This document shows, in pieces, positions 1 through 11,100 of a stretch of 56,939 bases of DNA. A program made the position numbers and the translations under genes. Positions within the stretch are counted from its first letter, which is position 1. Each line of letters opens with the position of its first letter. Origin of the DNA: a virus (taxonomy: Duplodnaviria; Caudoviricetes); the IMG/VR virus record IMGVR_UViG_3300023179_000127, positions 1-56,939 of that record, one strand, 5' to 3'. The notes under the pieces are model-generated. The model searched no databases, was not told where the DNA came from, and saw only the letters and a program-made list of their open reading frames with translations.

Positions 1-104
1 ACAAGTGTTAAAACATCAATGTTTCTAGCAGCTGCAAAACCAACAAGCGAGGGCCATTCTTCACTGTGTTCAATAATTACATCTTTGAGTTCTTGGTCTG
101 TCAT
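1..104 (-). CDS. Partial hypothetical protein (MTDQELKDVIIEHSEEW...), runs off the left edge
   Basis: Read by hand: ATG at 104, open to the window edge, preceded by TAAATA (113-118) like most genes here. Absent from the ORF track. Confidence 0.6.
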   Translation of the reverse strand, partial: MTDQELKDVIIEHSEEWPSLVGFAAARNIDVLTL

Positions 105-150
105 ATTGATAATATTTATGTTGAACTATTGTTTAAATCTACTGTTTTTT

Positions 151-1074
151 TTATATTTTTACATAGCTAGGAGCTGGAAACAGAATTTCTGGCCAATAGG
201 ATAGCAATGAATTTATGGTTTTTTTCTGTATTAATGTATTGTCAAGTGTAGCTACTTCTTTATCAAGAAGTTCCTCAACAACAGTAATTTCAAAAACGCT
301 GTCATTATCATTGTTTTGTTGTGCAGCTGTTTTTTCTTCTGATAGAACGGTTTTTGCTTCAGCTATTTTTTCTAAAATTCTACTTTTAACTGCATCGCGT
401 AGTTTACTGCATGCCGGCTCTTCATTAATCTTTTCAAAATCCGCCAAAAGCAGATCTTTAATATTAAACTGATTAAAGTATGCAAGATTTTCTAAGTATC
501 TGAAAACAAGCAAATCGCTTAGCCAGAAAGGCTTTTTAATGCCATCATTCATTTCTATTGGCCAGTATGAAAAGATTAAATTTAAACTCTGTACTTTCTT
601 CAATTCTGCAACCATGCTGTCTACTAATTGTTTTGCCTTGACGCTATCATTAAGTTGACGCTTAAGATAGCGATACACTACTTTTCCCCATTTCTCTGCA
701 ACATGAGAAACAACTTCCGGTGTGTCTTGATACAATTCGTCTATTGTGATTTCAAAAAAGCGTAGAATATACAACGACCCATCAATTATATTGTTTTCTA
801 TGCTGTAATTAAATTCAAATAAATTTTTCCCTTTGCCGAGTTTGTACATTTTTCTGAAATATTTTAAAAGTGACGGTTTAGTTTTAATGTAATCTATTCT
901 TGGAAATTTGTTGAGCTCAACAGGCTCCATTGTCACCGCGTCGATATAGTTGTTTTTTGTTTTTTGAATGAATCTAAAATAATCTTTGTCTGTATCGTTA
1001 TATACACCTCTGATAATAGCTCCAACCTTGAAAGGCTTTAATACTTCTTCAAATTGGGAAAATATCTGTACCAT
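151..1074 (-). CDS. Hypothetical protein, 307 aa
   Basis: Long ORF with no recognised motif. Confidence 0.75.
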   Translation of the reverse strand: MVQIFSQFEEVLKPFKVGAIIRGVYNDTDKDYFRFIQKTKNNYIDAVTMEPVELNKFPRIDYIKTKPSLLKYFRKMYKLGKGKNLFEFNYSIENNIIDGSLYILRFFEITIDELYQDTPEVVSHVAEKWGKVVYRYLKRQLNDSVKAKQLVDSMVAELKKVQSLNLIFSYWPIEMNDGIKKPFWLSDLLVFRYLENLAYFNQFNIKDLLLADFEKINEEPACSKLRDAVKSRILEKIAEAKTVLSEEKTAAQQNNDNDSVFEITVVEELLDKEVATLDNTLIQKKTINSLLSYWPEILFPAPSYVKI

Positions 1075-1116
1075 TATATTGATATATAAGTTTTAAAAAA
1101 GGAAAATCTAGACGTA

Positions 1117-1917
1117 TTATGTGTTAGCGGCTCTGACGTAATAATATTGAGGTATGTTTATGTTGTTTTGATTGTTTGCATCGCGGCAACCAAAGTTATT
1201 GACAACATAAAGGCTGTGTGTTGATGCTCCTGCTAATCCGCCGATAGTGTAATCGCCATTAGCATTAATAGATCTGTCTAACGCACCGTTTCTGTATATT
1301 GTGGCAGATGATGCTGCGGTGCCACCATAAGAACCCATGTCCACATTAATTTTAATGGAACCACCTTTGCAATCTAACCATCTAAAAGCCGGCTGACTCC
1401 AGTATCCACCTACGCAAGGGGGTGGAGGAGCAGTTAGTAATACAACATTTACAACAGGTCGAGGAGGCCCGGGTATGGTGAAATTAATTGTTCTAGTAGA
1501 ATTGTAGTTTCCGGTAACTTGCCCTTGTAAAAACCCGCCATCATAAAATTTTACTGTGACAGAGCCAGATGTAGATGTCGAGCAGTTTTGCCCGCCGGGG
1601 TTAAAATCATTACGAAATGAACGGGTATGTGAACTACCTCCAATTGGTGTAAAGTTTGTATGCCATGTCCAAGTGTAGTTATTGGGGTTACTTTTTATTC
1701 GATCAAAACGTCTTCCTTCTCCGCTAAACTGCATAGATACAGAGAAGGTTGAGCCATGTGGTGGTGATGCAGTTGTGGTTGACGCCTCGCCAACTGCACT
1801 AACTAAAAAATCTGACATTCTTATGTCAGCTGCTGGTCCTCCATTGCATGCTTCTAGTGAAGGTCTGTTAGCGCTTGTAGCAGTTTGAAGTTTTTGTAAG
1901 CTTAAATTTGATGGCAT
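1117..1917 (-). CDS. Putative fibre-tip/adhesin protein, 266 aa
   Basis: Directly downstream of the S74 fibre. AAGGAG lies 5 nt before the ATG. The C-terminal Cys-pair beta domain is shared with the C-terminal repeats of 22482..27014. Confidence 0.55.
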   Translation of the reverse strand: MPSNLSLQKLQTATSANRPSLEACNGGPAADIRMSDFLVSAVGEASTTTASPPHGSTFSVSMQFSGEGRRFDRIKSNPNNYTWTWHTNFTPIGGSSHTRSFRNDFNPGGQNCSTSTSGSVTVKFYDGGFLQGQVTGNYNSTRTINFTIPGPPRPVVNVVLLTAPPPPCVGGYWSQPAFRWLDCKGGSIKINVDMGSYGGTAASSATIYRNGALDRSINANGDYTIGGLAGASTHSLYVVNNFGCRDANNQNNINIPQYYYVRAANT

Positions 1918-1919
1918 GA

Positions 1920-4283
1920 TTACTCCTTAATTTTTTCGCTAAGCTCTTTGATAGCTTCAACAAGTAATGGAATAACCTTTTCATATCTTACTGCTTTAAA
2001 TCCGTTGTCTCTTGTAGCAACAATTTCAGGGAAAATACTTTCAACTTCTTGTGCAACTAAGCCAATATCATTACCTTTGAAGGTTTTAAAGTTTTCATCC
2101 CATTCAAATTTAATTCCTCTTAGTTTCTTCACCTTATCTAAAGCGTTATCAATCCGTACAATGTTTTTCTTGAGTTTCACATCAGATGTTGAGTATGCAA
2201 TAACATCTTGTGATGCGCTGATAACACCGTTAGTCTGTAGTGAGCCATTAATAGTGGTATTACCGTTAATAGTGACTGGGTTATTCTGACCTGTAGGACC
2301 AAGTCTAGTTGTTGATGCAGTTGTGAATGCACCTTGAACATTTGCAGTGCTGTTAACATTGAGTGTATTGAGGGATGCTGTGTTGTTAACAACCAAGTTT
2401 AATAAGGTTGATGTTGCTGCTGTAGCATTCAATGTACTGTTGATTGTTGTAGCACCTAGTGTAGTTGTACCTGCTGAAATTGTACCTGCTTGTAATAACC
2501 CAGTGATGTTAGCAGTATTAGATATTGTTTGACCGTCAACTGTTAAATTAGTGTATATTCTGCCAGTTGATGCAAACAAACCGCCTGTGCTTGTAATGTT
2601 ACCTGTGACATTCAGCGGTTGCGATAAATTTGTAAGACCGCTAACTGTTAAATCACCGCCTATTTGCGCGGTACCGCTACCAATAGTCCTGAATGTACCT
2701 ACTACTGTAGTTAAATCTGATATATCAGCGCCTAAGACACTGCTCTCTCGAACATCTAGAGAGCTATAAATGGTGACAGGTGAATACATGGTTGTAGCAC
2801 CATTGATTCTAACTGTGGAATTGCATATCATGGAGCCATTGGCATTAATTGTATCTGCAGCTTGATCACCTAATGTGGCAGTACCGTAAACTGATAAATT
2901 ACCATCAACTCTCTCATTTCCGTTTATTCTAGAATCACCAGTTGCACGAAAACTGCCAGTTAATTCCAATCCCCGCTGATCATTTTGCAGAACCATCTTG
3001 TTCCCTGCAGCTTGAATATCAACAGTACCTGCATTGCCTGATCTAATTACAACTCTGCTGTTTAAAAGCGCGGGGTTAGGAGAAATAAAGAAGCTACCAG
3101 AAACACAGAAATTCGCTGTGTCAGTCCCTTGCAAGAAAATCTGTTCTGGGTTGGTATTGAATCCAAAATATGGCCCGTCTTTAATAGATACTACAGGGTT
3201 GTTACCTTGTGAGCTTTCAAACCGCGCCAATGTTTGATTAGCTGTAGGTGACCCTTGTCTAACCAACATTGCACACATGTTTTCATTAAAGTTTAATACA
3301 CTTAGTGCACTAGTGGTGGTGACTGTGGTATCAAGATATGTAGTAGTTCCCATTACAGACAAATTACCAGAAATGGTAACATCGTTATTAAATGTAGCAT
3401 CATTAGCTAAAACACTGTAAGCTGATAACGTACCATCAACAAATGTATTTCCATAGATGCGTGATAAACCGTACACTCTGAAACCAGGGTTAGCATATGT
3501 TAATTGAGTAGCTGTAGGATTAATTAAAACAAACCCACCTTGTGTGATAGTAAACTGTGGTTGTTCTAAGAAGCCAAGACGGCCAGCGCGTATGGTTAAA
3601 TCATCACGACCGCGAATATGAAGATTGCCGCTAATAGCATCAAAAGTTGTACCCAATGCTTGTGGATTATATGCATAGGTTTGTAATTGATAGCCATTTA
3701 CTGAGCTGTTTACAAATATGTTGTCTTGTACATTGAGTTTTGCACTTAAATTGTTGGTTATAGTTCGAGTGTTGATGTTACCAACATAAAAACTGCCATG
3801 GGATGCGCATAAAGAGAGATATCTTGAATCAAAATCTATAACATTGTATCGTTTTGTAATAGAGGTGGGTGCAAGTGTACCAGAATCGTTATAGGCAAGA
3901 GAAAATGGTGCTGCTAGTAATTTTGGTGAGACTCTGTATTCACCATTTTGGCTTTTCTCTAAACTGTTTTCGTAAACCTGAGGGTGTACAGAATAAACAC
4001 CAGTTCCTTTGGCGTAAGAAACCAATTCTTTCTTTGTAATATCATACATCAAGTCACCGTCTTTTAAAAACGGTACATAATCACTAGGTGTTGAAACACG
4101 CCCGAACATTTTGTTACCAACAACATGTCCACCTGGAGTAACGCCGTCTCCGACAAACAATCTTGCTTGATCAATTGTATAGCCTAATTCACCTTCTGAT
4201 AATACAATTTTTAAACGTTCTGACTCTTGGCCGCGGCGAACAATTAATTTTACAACTGTATCATTAGTAATTTCTATTGCCAT
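1920..4283 (-). CDS. Tail fibre with N-terminal Mtd_N/hyaluronidase-like anchor and C-terminal peptidase S74 intramolecular chaperone
   Basis: N-term RRG...LSEGELGYTID...LFVGDG. Beta-repeat shaft (V.G.L.V.G). C-term SDVKLKKNI...LRGIKFEW...IGLVAQEVE...VRYEKVIPLLVEAIKEL. Confidence 0.85.
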   Translation of the reverse strand: MAIEITNDTVVKLIVRRGQESERLKIVLSEGELGYTIDQARLFVGDGVTPGGHVVGNKMFGRVSTPSDYVPFLKDGDLMYDITKKELVSYAKGTGVYSVHPQVYENSLEKSQNGEYRVSPKLLAAPFSLAYNDSGTLAPTSITKRYNVIDFDSRYLSLCASHGSFYVGNINTRTITNNLSAKLNVQDNIFVNSSVNGYQLQTYAYNPQALGTTFDAISGNLHIRGRDDLTIRAGRLGFLEQPQFTITQGGFVLINPTATQLTYANPGFRVYGLSRIYGNTFVDGTLSAYSVLANDATFNNDVTISGNLSVMGTTTYLDTTVTTTSALSVLNFNENMCAMLVRQGSPTANQTLARFESSQGNNPVVSIKDGPYFGFNTNPEQIFLQGTDTANFCVSGSFFISPNPALLNSRVVIRSGNAGTVDIQAAGNKMVLQNDQRGLELTGSFRATGDSRINGNERVDGNLSVYGTATLGDQAADTINANGSMICNSTVRINGATTMYSPVTIYSSLDVRESSVLGADISDLTTVVGTFRTIGSGTAQIGGDLTVSGLTNLSQPLNVTGNITSTGGLFASTGRIYTNLTVDGQTISNTANITGLLQAGTISAGTTTLGATTINSTLNATAATSTLLNLVVNNTASLNTLNVNSTANVQGAFTTASTTRLGPTGQNNPVTINGNTTINGSLQTNGVISASQDVIAYSTSDVKLKKNIVRIDNALDKVKKLRGIKFEWDENFKTFKGNDIGLVAQEVESIFPEIVATRDNGFKAVRYEKVIPLLVEAIKELSEKIKE

Positions 4284-4286
4284 AAA

Positions 4287-4916
4287 TTATGTTCCTATTG
4301 TTAGTGCCCTGGTAACTGGGTTAATGTACAATCTACCGGGCCCAGGGTTAAAGTAGCTCAAGGTGGATGTATCAACGTTAGAAATATCAACAAATAATTG
4401 TCTGTTGTTATTGATCTTTATGCTTACCCCGTCATAGTTTACACGAACAGGAGAACTTTCTGTTGTTCTAGCAAGCCCGTTATTAAAGTCAAACAAGTTG
4501 TTTGAAATGTGCACCGCGCTCAATCCGTATTCTTTGACTCTTAGCAGTGAGCCAGCTGGGTATGTGATGGTTGTTTCATCAACTAATGTGGATATCTGAG
4601 CATAAGCATCTCTATTATCATAATCTGGGTACAAGCTTTCATTGTATCCAGTTAATACAAACAAGCGAGTGGATGTGCTGTCAAACATTAGATCGCCTAC
4701 TTGAATGGTAGGTAAATTAGACAGCTGATCAATTCTACCAGTGTAAAGCTTCATGCCTGCAGGATTACCGCCAGGTGTAGCGCCATCACCAACAAATAAT
4801 CTACGAGAAGATGGGTCAGTAACATAGCCAATCTCACCGTTTTCCAAGATAACTAGCTTTCTCTCGTAATCAGTACCGCGTCTAATTTTAATTTTTGCTA
4901 TTTGTACTGTTGCCAT
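4287..4916 (-). CDS. Short fibre-anchor protein (Mtd_N-like), paralogous to the N-terminus of 1920..4283
   Basis: IKIRRG...LENGEIGYVTD...RLFVGDGATPGG matches the neighbouring fibre N-terminus. Confidence 0.7.
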   Translation of the reverse strand: MATVQIAKIKIRRGTDYERKLVILENGEIGYVTDPSSRRLFVGDGATPGGNPAGMKLYTGRIDQLSNLPTIQVGDLMFDSTSTRLFVLTGYNESLYPDYDNRDAYAQISTLVDETTITYPAGSLLRVKEYGLSAVHISNNLFDFNNGLARTTESSPVRVNYDGVSIKINNNRQLFVDISNVDTSTLSYFNPGPGRLYINPVTRALTIGT

Positions 4917-4955
4917 TTCAATTATTTATTAAAACACGTTAAATTACAATGAGAT

Positions 4956-6419
4956 TTATGACGGTATAGTGGCAGGAACACCTTGAGGAACACTCTTCTT
5001 CACAAATCCCATGGTAGAACTTATGTAGTTTTCGGAAACTAGAGCGTTAAGAAGAATTTTTTGATATTCATATATGCGTTTAAGAACTCGGTTTACTACA
5101 AAATTAGTGACTAACTCATTTTCTCCAATAAAATTCTCTATATCTTGTTGAAAGATAAGCTGGTTTAATTCTTTTTCATTAAAATACCTAGTGCCCTTGA
5201 ACAGATAATTACCTTTGCTATCTTTTAATTGTAAAAACTTACCTTCTATTTGATCTCTGAATCTCATATGGTTAATAAGCAATTTGGCAATTGCTTTGTT
5301 AAATACCCAGTTTTGAACATATTCATCTTCACCTAAATGAATTTCTTCTTTAGTATACACGTCAAAATCTGGAACAGATAATACATCGAACAAATTAATG
5401 TTGTCATAAAACAAGCTAAATTTACCAGCATTATTATCAACATCTTTAGAAAACATTAATGTAAAATCATTAAATTTTTCTTTCGCAGGGTCTGGGTCGA
5501 CATCAATTTTAGCAACATCAAATGCTCTGATTTTTTCTTTTGTGTTAAATTGAAACAAATAGAACAGATACCACCCTACCGTATAAAAGGGATATCTTGT
5601 GAATTTTTTGTATATATTGTTTTCTGTGACCACATAACATAATGATGGGTCAGTGGGTGAAAAATAAATTCTATTAAAAAATTCATTTTGCGGCATATCG
5701 TATGTTAGTTCTTTGAGATCGTAAACGTATTTGTTGTTAAAATTGTCAATGTAAGATAATAATTTTTGATTGCTAGTGAGTACAGCAATTTCATTATCAA
5801 TAGTTGAATTAATAAAGATTGGATATGCTGATAAAAAGTCTTTGGTTAGCAAATAGGTAAATTTCCAGTTGAGGTTTTCATCAAACCTTTTAATGCAGTT
5901 GTTAGATGAATCTAAAACTAGCAATTCGTCGTTTTGAACACACATACTTCTAGGTGAGTTAAAGGACGTTTTATCCGCAAAGTTACCAATGTCACCTATT
6001 GTGTCAACATACATGAGTTTGTGTTTTAGTATGTTATTTTCTGTTGTAAATCCATCTATTTTATAAGAATGTAGTTGTGATGTACCAGCATCAAGAACAT
6101 AAAAATGATTTTTAATTAAACTAAAAGCAGTAATTTCTTTAAAGTATGTGCTCGAGCCTGTAAACACCTCGTTAGTGCTCAATACTAATGTTATAGAAGA
6201 TAGGTCTAGAGGTGATTCAAAAATGCATATATCATTTCCCTTGGAAGCAGCAAGATAAATTTTTTCTTGCGTTTCATTAGGTATTAATTTAATAACCCGT
6301 ATGTCATCTATGTTGTCAAAAAATGCGTTATATAGAGGTAAAAACTGACTAGTGCTAAGCTGACTTGGACCTGTTGTGCTCCACATGAAATTTTGTACAC
6401 CGGTGAAATCCATGCTCAT
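4956..6419 (-). CDS. Putative virion beta-propeller (NHL-like) protein, 487 aa
   Basis: FYVLDAG, FNSPRSM...LLVLDSSNNCIKRFD resemble NHL repeats. ATGA overlap with the upstream gene. Confidence 0.6.
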   Translation of the reverse strand: MSMDFTGVQNFMWSTTGPSQLSTSQFLPLYNAFFDNIDDIRVIKLIPNETQEKIYLAASKGNDICIFESPLDLSSITLVLSTNEVFTGSSTYFKEITAFSLIKNHFYVLDAGTSQLHSYKIDGFTTENNILKHKLMYVDTIGDIGNFADKTSFNSPRSMCVQNDELLVLDSSNNCIKRFDENLNWKFTYLLTKDFLSAYPIFINSTIDNEIAVLTSNQKLLSYIDNFNNKYVYDLKELTYDMPQNEFFNRIYFSPTDPSLCYVVTENNIYKKFTRYPFYTVGWYLFYLFQFNTKEKIRAFDVAKIDVDPDPAKEKFNDFTLMFSKDVDNNAGKFSLFYDNINLFDVLSVPDFDVYTKEEIHLGEDEYVQNWVFNKAIAKLLINHMRFRDQIEGKFLQLKDSKGNYLFKGTRYFNEKELNQLIFQQDIENFIGENELVTNFVVNRVLKRIYEYQKILLNALVSENYISSTMGFVKKSVPQGVPATIPS

Positions 6420-8185
6420 GCTACTCTCCCTATTTTTGGATAATTAGATGCAAGTGGGTGCATGTTACCTGTGCCGCCGCCATGGAAGAATTGATTGTTG
6501 CCACCAATAAATGTGAAGTTATATCCATTTCTTACCATTGCGTATCCAGGTGTACCAGTACTGCCTCTATTTTCTTGCCCGTACCCCCAGTTACCAAGAC
6601 TACCGCCATCTCCTGCTCCGTAGCAGAATTCTCCGCATTTGGCACCTACAAGCCATGAACTGTTTTGTTGTTCTTGTAAAATACCGCAATTTTGTGCTTG
6701 ACATCCATTATTGAGCCAGTAGTTGTAGCATTCTGACCATGAATTAATACCGCGTTCAATCGTTCTATCAGAGCATGCTTGCAAGCTTTTCCATCCTGAA
6801 TTAGCAATACAGAAATTTATGCCTCTCGCATTAGCTACCCCGGCTCCAGCTCCACCCACCAAGCTAACACCGTTAATATTTTCAAATTTATCAAACCAAT
6901 AGTTAGTACTATCCATTTCACCACGACCACCGCCGCCAGCAATAATACCATCATTAATTATTTTTAAATCCCAATCTAAATGTATTGCATCGCCGGCTTT
7001 ATCAATAGACGTACCATTTAATTTGTAATGGTATTCCCAATCTTGCAAAACATTATCTGCTCTGGATGATCTGCATCTACCATATAGGAAGGCAGTAGCC
7101 AATCCATTCTCCACATTAGAGCTGTCTTGACCATAACCGGCTATTACACCTTGAGCAGGGAAATCTATGTTGCCAGCTTGACCGTTTTCTGTGCAATAGT
7201 TAGTTGCTCCATTGGTAGGTCTGCTATATACTGCAGTCGCAGCTTGAACCTTCTGAGTTCCTATGACTTGAGGGTTAATCAAAGTAATTTCACTACCAGA
7301 AGGCCAACCAATACCGGTTCTAAGAGCAGGCCCTTTGCCGCGCGTGGCGCCAATAACACCTTTGTTAACAAAAGTAGCGATAACAGGATTTGAAAAGGAA
7401 TCAGCTTTTCTATTTAGCTTCATCATCATGTATTCAAACAAGTTAACATCAAGAGTCAAAGCTCCATATGATCCAATTTCAATGTATACAAATTCTAAAG
7501 GTACAGATGTGGAAGGCGTGTTGGTATTTGTAACTGTTTGCGTTAAAGTGGGTGTTTGTGTAGGTGTAAGTGTCAATAATGGTGGTGTTTTAGTATTGGT
7601 AAGTGTGGGTGTCATTGTGAGCGTCGGTGTTCTCGTATTAGTGATTGTTTGAGTTGGTGTTCTTGAAGGGGGTTGTGTAGCAGTAGCGGTTTTTGTAGGT
7701 GTAGGTGTAGTAGTTAGATTAGGTGTAAGTGTAGGTGTACGTGTTACAGATATGGTAGGTGTCACTGTAGGAGTGGGTGTAACTGATCTTGTTAAAGAAA
7801 TAGTAGGAGTCAGTGTTTGTGAAGGTGTAACTGTGCGTGTAACTGTAATTGTGGGGGTTACTGTAGGTGTATTAGTAACAGTTATGGTCATTGTTGGTGT
7901 TATAGTAGGTGTTTGAGATATGGTTAATGTAGGTCTTGGGTATGCGCTTAACCCTGCCACACCTACACATGAAACCGGTATAACATTAGACGCAATTCTA
8001 GAATGTTCGTACAGATAAAGAAAATTGTCATACAGTTTATCTAGTCGTACATTAATAGAATCTGTAGTAATCATTTCATTTACAGGTATTTTTATGCTTT
8101 CAAAATCGTACGGTAGTTCTAGCTTCTTATTGACGTATCTGTCAAAGAATCTGCCAGCATTTTTTGCTATTTCGAAAATGTTCAT
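6416..8185 (-). CDS. Thr/Pro-stalk protein with C-terminal gp38-like glycine-rich adhesin domain, 589 aa
   Basis: ~80-aa globular N-term, ~150-aa T/P tract, then NKGVIG...GWPSGSEITLIN...GVIAGYG...INDGIIAGGGGRG...GGAGAG. Confidence 0.6.
   Translation of the reverse strand: MNIFEIAKNAGRFFDRYVNKKLELPYDFESIKIPVNEMITTDSINVRLDKLYDNFLYLYEHSRIASNVIPVSCVGVAGLSAYPRPTLTISQTPTITPTMTITVTNTPTVTPTITVTRTVTPSQTLTPTISLTRSVTPTPTVTPTISVTRTPTLTPNLTTTPTPTKTATATQPPSRTPTQTITNTRTPTLTMTPTLTNTKTPPLLTLTPTQTPTLTQTVTNTNTPSTSVPLEFVYIEIGSYGALTLDVNLFEYMMMKLNRKADSFSNPVIATFVNKGVIGATRGKGPALRTGIGWPSGSEITLINPQVIGTQKVQAATAVYSRPTNGATNYCTENGQAGNIDFPAQGVIAGYGQDSSNVENGLATAFLYGRCRSSRADNVLQDWEYHYKLNGTSIDKAGDAIHLDWDLKIINDGIIAGGGGRGEMDSTNYWFDKFENINGVSLVGGAGAGVANARGINFCIANSGWKSLQACSDRTIERGINSWSECYNYWLNNGCQAQNCGILQEQQNSSWLVGAKCGEFCYGAGDGGSLGNWGYGQENRGSTGTPGYAMVRNGYNFTFIGGNNQFFHGGGTGNMHPLASNYPKIGRVA
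7500..7940 (-). repeat. Degenerate Thr/Pro coding repeat tract
   Basis: TPTxTxTx repeats; boundaries approximate. Confidence 0.9.
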
Positions 8186-11100
8186 TAGTTTTTCCAGGTA
8201 ATGTTATTTAACTTGACATGTGCGGGTATCAATTTGCTAGCTATTTCACGTATTTTACCTTCTAATTCTGCCTTAAACTGTGTATCTACTATTCTACTGT
8301 TGTTAATGTTTAGATTTATCACATTTGACTTGTGCCCGGGTAATTTAAATTTAAAGAATCTTTCAATTTCTTCTATGAAATTGCGTTTTCCACAAGGTAC
8401 ATAAAAATTAATATCCCGTACTTTCATGTTTGCTTTAGAGTGATTTATAATATCATAAGATAGTAATGCTTTATCATAAATGTACAGGTTTTTTATTTTT
8501 ACTCCCTCTGCTAAGCTTGTCTTTTTCTTCAAATATTTGAAAAGTGGCACTGAATATGCGGCACCAGATGTTCCAATTAAGAAGGGCTTATGCACAAATT
8601 CTCTCATGGTGTATTTTGCTGGCATAAACCTAGTAACATTAGTGTAAATACCGTCTATGTACAAATCCATTTGACCGATGTCACAATTAACACGTACAGC
8701 AAAATTGTGATACCCAGCATCTAACTGAGTTAGATCAAACCGCATTTCTGGAAGAATAATATCATTATAGTTGCTAGGTGTAGCTACAACAAGCTTGATG
8801 TTTAAACTGCTATCAGGATAGGCATCATGTATGTATTCTCTTAAATATTCGCTGTTGTTTATCTTTCCGAATGCGCTTGATGTGCTTTTGTAGTAAGTTG
8901 TTTTGAGTGTAGGTACTGCTTCTGCTGCGTCCAGCACGACATACTCTACATAGTTGCTGCTTAATGGGCTTAATCTGGAAAATACGATCCTGTCACTTAC
9001 ATCTGATTCAATAAATTCAGTTAAAAGATTTATTTTGTAGTTCTTAAAGCCGCTAGGCAACGTACTTGATAGCATTACATTGAATGTAGCAGGGTCTATC
9101 TTAACATAATTTTTGTCTTGATCTAGTACCCAAATAAACCCGTCGAAATCAATAGTAAAATCATTTATAACTGTTGCTGCATGTACCATTGAAACAATGT
9201 TTGTGCTTAAATTCCAATAAAATACACTATTATCTTTGAGATAATAAATCTGCTCACCGCGGCGTTCTGCTTTGTCTCCATCAGTAAAGAAAATTATATC
9301 ATTATCTTGTATTGTTGCAGCGTGAATTGTTTTTATTGTTGACAAATTTTTAGAGAATGATGTGCCAGGTACAAATCTTATTGAGTAAAAGTTTGAATTT
9401 AAGCTTTCATAAATTTCATCTGTAAGTAAATTGTATCCTTGTATGGTAAGATTGGTTCTTCCTTGTTTGCCATACATGCCACCATCGTTGGCTGATAACA
9501 TTAGTGCTAAATGACCGTAAATGTCAAAGTCCAATATGTCATTTATTCTTCCTTTCACTTGTCTGGACACTACCTCAACATTGTTAGGATTGTATTTTGA
9601 TATTTCACCGTCGCTGAACATGATATGGTAATCAGTAAAATCGTTTGTTCTAAAAATATACTTTATGTCTTTGTTGAACTGCAATTTTCTCAAAACAGTA
9701 AAGTCTGTGTTTGTTATATCTATGTTGCGATTTCCACCTAAAAACATTAATGCAGTGTTAGGGACATAATTGTATATGCTGAACCCGTACTTATCAAGAT
9801 TGCCTATGATTTGATTGCCGAATGGCTTTGACCAATCAGCACAGTACATGTCAAATATAATTGTAAACTCAGAACTTTCACCTATGCTTGATAAATTAGC
9901 TGAGTTTGTGTATCTGTTACCATCAAAAACAAACTCAGCATCTGGTTCAATAACATCAAACACTTCAATATCCCCTGTAGTTCTGAATGTGCTTACATTT
10001 CGTTGAACAAGATATTCGTTCAGTGCTTCTATTCTGTGTTTAACTCCTTCTGGCCCGACTCTATAATAAGCATAATAACAACCAGGTTCAAAAGTAAGAG
10101 CAGACGGTGTATCAAAAATATCATACTTGTCTGCATCTGGTATTTTGTTAATTTTATTTTGAAACTCTGGCACATAATACATGGCTTTAAAATCGTCTGC
10201 AGTAAGAGCATTAAAGAAATTTACTTTCTGTGGGTTATAGTATCTGTCAACCCACACTGGGCGAGAATTAACGTCACCATTACCAGATAACCAGCTACAT
10301 AAAAAGCTTCCTGTTTGTTCATCAATAGCATCACCGAAATAAGATGAATGTTTGTAATTAGCTAGTTTTTTAAATACTAAATCAGATTTTAAAGGGTGGT
10401 CGGCTGCAGTAGCACCAGCTTCAATTAACCCCGAATCTCTAATGTTGATTCTGTTGAACGGGTACATGTCTGTTGGCATATGAAAATATGTAATTTTGTC
10501 GTTCTTAAGTAAAATTTTGGTAGAGAAGGTTTCATAACCAAGCGATATATTGTCATTACCATAGTTTTGACGTGACCCGGTGAATAATTTTTTGTAGTCT
10601 CTAAAGTTGCACAAGTCTTCATCATAAAACGGTGCGTTTCTTGCTTGACCACCTTCAGATGTGAAAGTATTTTTTAAAGACAATATGTTTACTGGCATTT
10701 CATTGCCAGTGATAGCGTAAAATTCACTGTTAACGAGTAGGTTCGATTTTATATTAGGAAAACTTACATTTTCATCAATTTCTGTTGAATTTGTTTTAAA
10801 AGTTTTTTCATACGACACCCATGAATCTTGTATTTTTGAAACATTAGCTGGATCAGATCTTTTTATACATTTAAAAATAGATTTTAAATCAAAAGGAAGT
10901 GCAAACCCTGTGACCGGATCTGTTAATGTTAATTTTTCTTCTTCATTTATTATAACATATTTTGCTATATCGTTAATATTTTTATAGAAGACGATGTAAT
11001 CAGAATCTCGGTCATACAAATAGTAGAATATTTGAGGACTGTATCTACCTAAGTAATCTGATTTAGTATCTTTACAAAATATTAAATTTCCTATGTAATC

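Noticed and set aside
19-204. 61-aa plus-strand ORF
   Set aside because: It overlaps two better-supported minus-strand genes.
1082-1110. Sigma70-like promoter before the 307-aa gene (TAGATT-N16-TATATA)
   Set aside because: The -10 box lacks the conserved final T and is too weak to call in AT-rich DNA.
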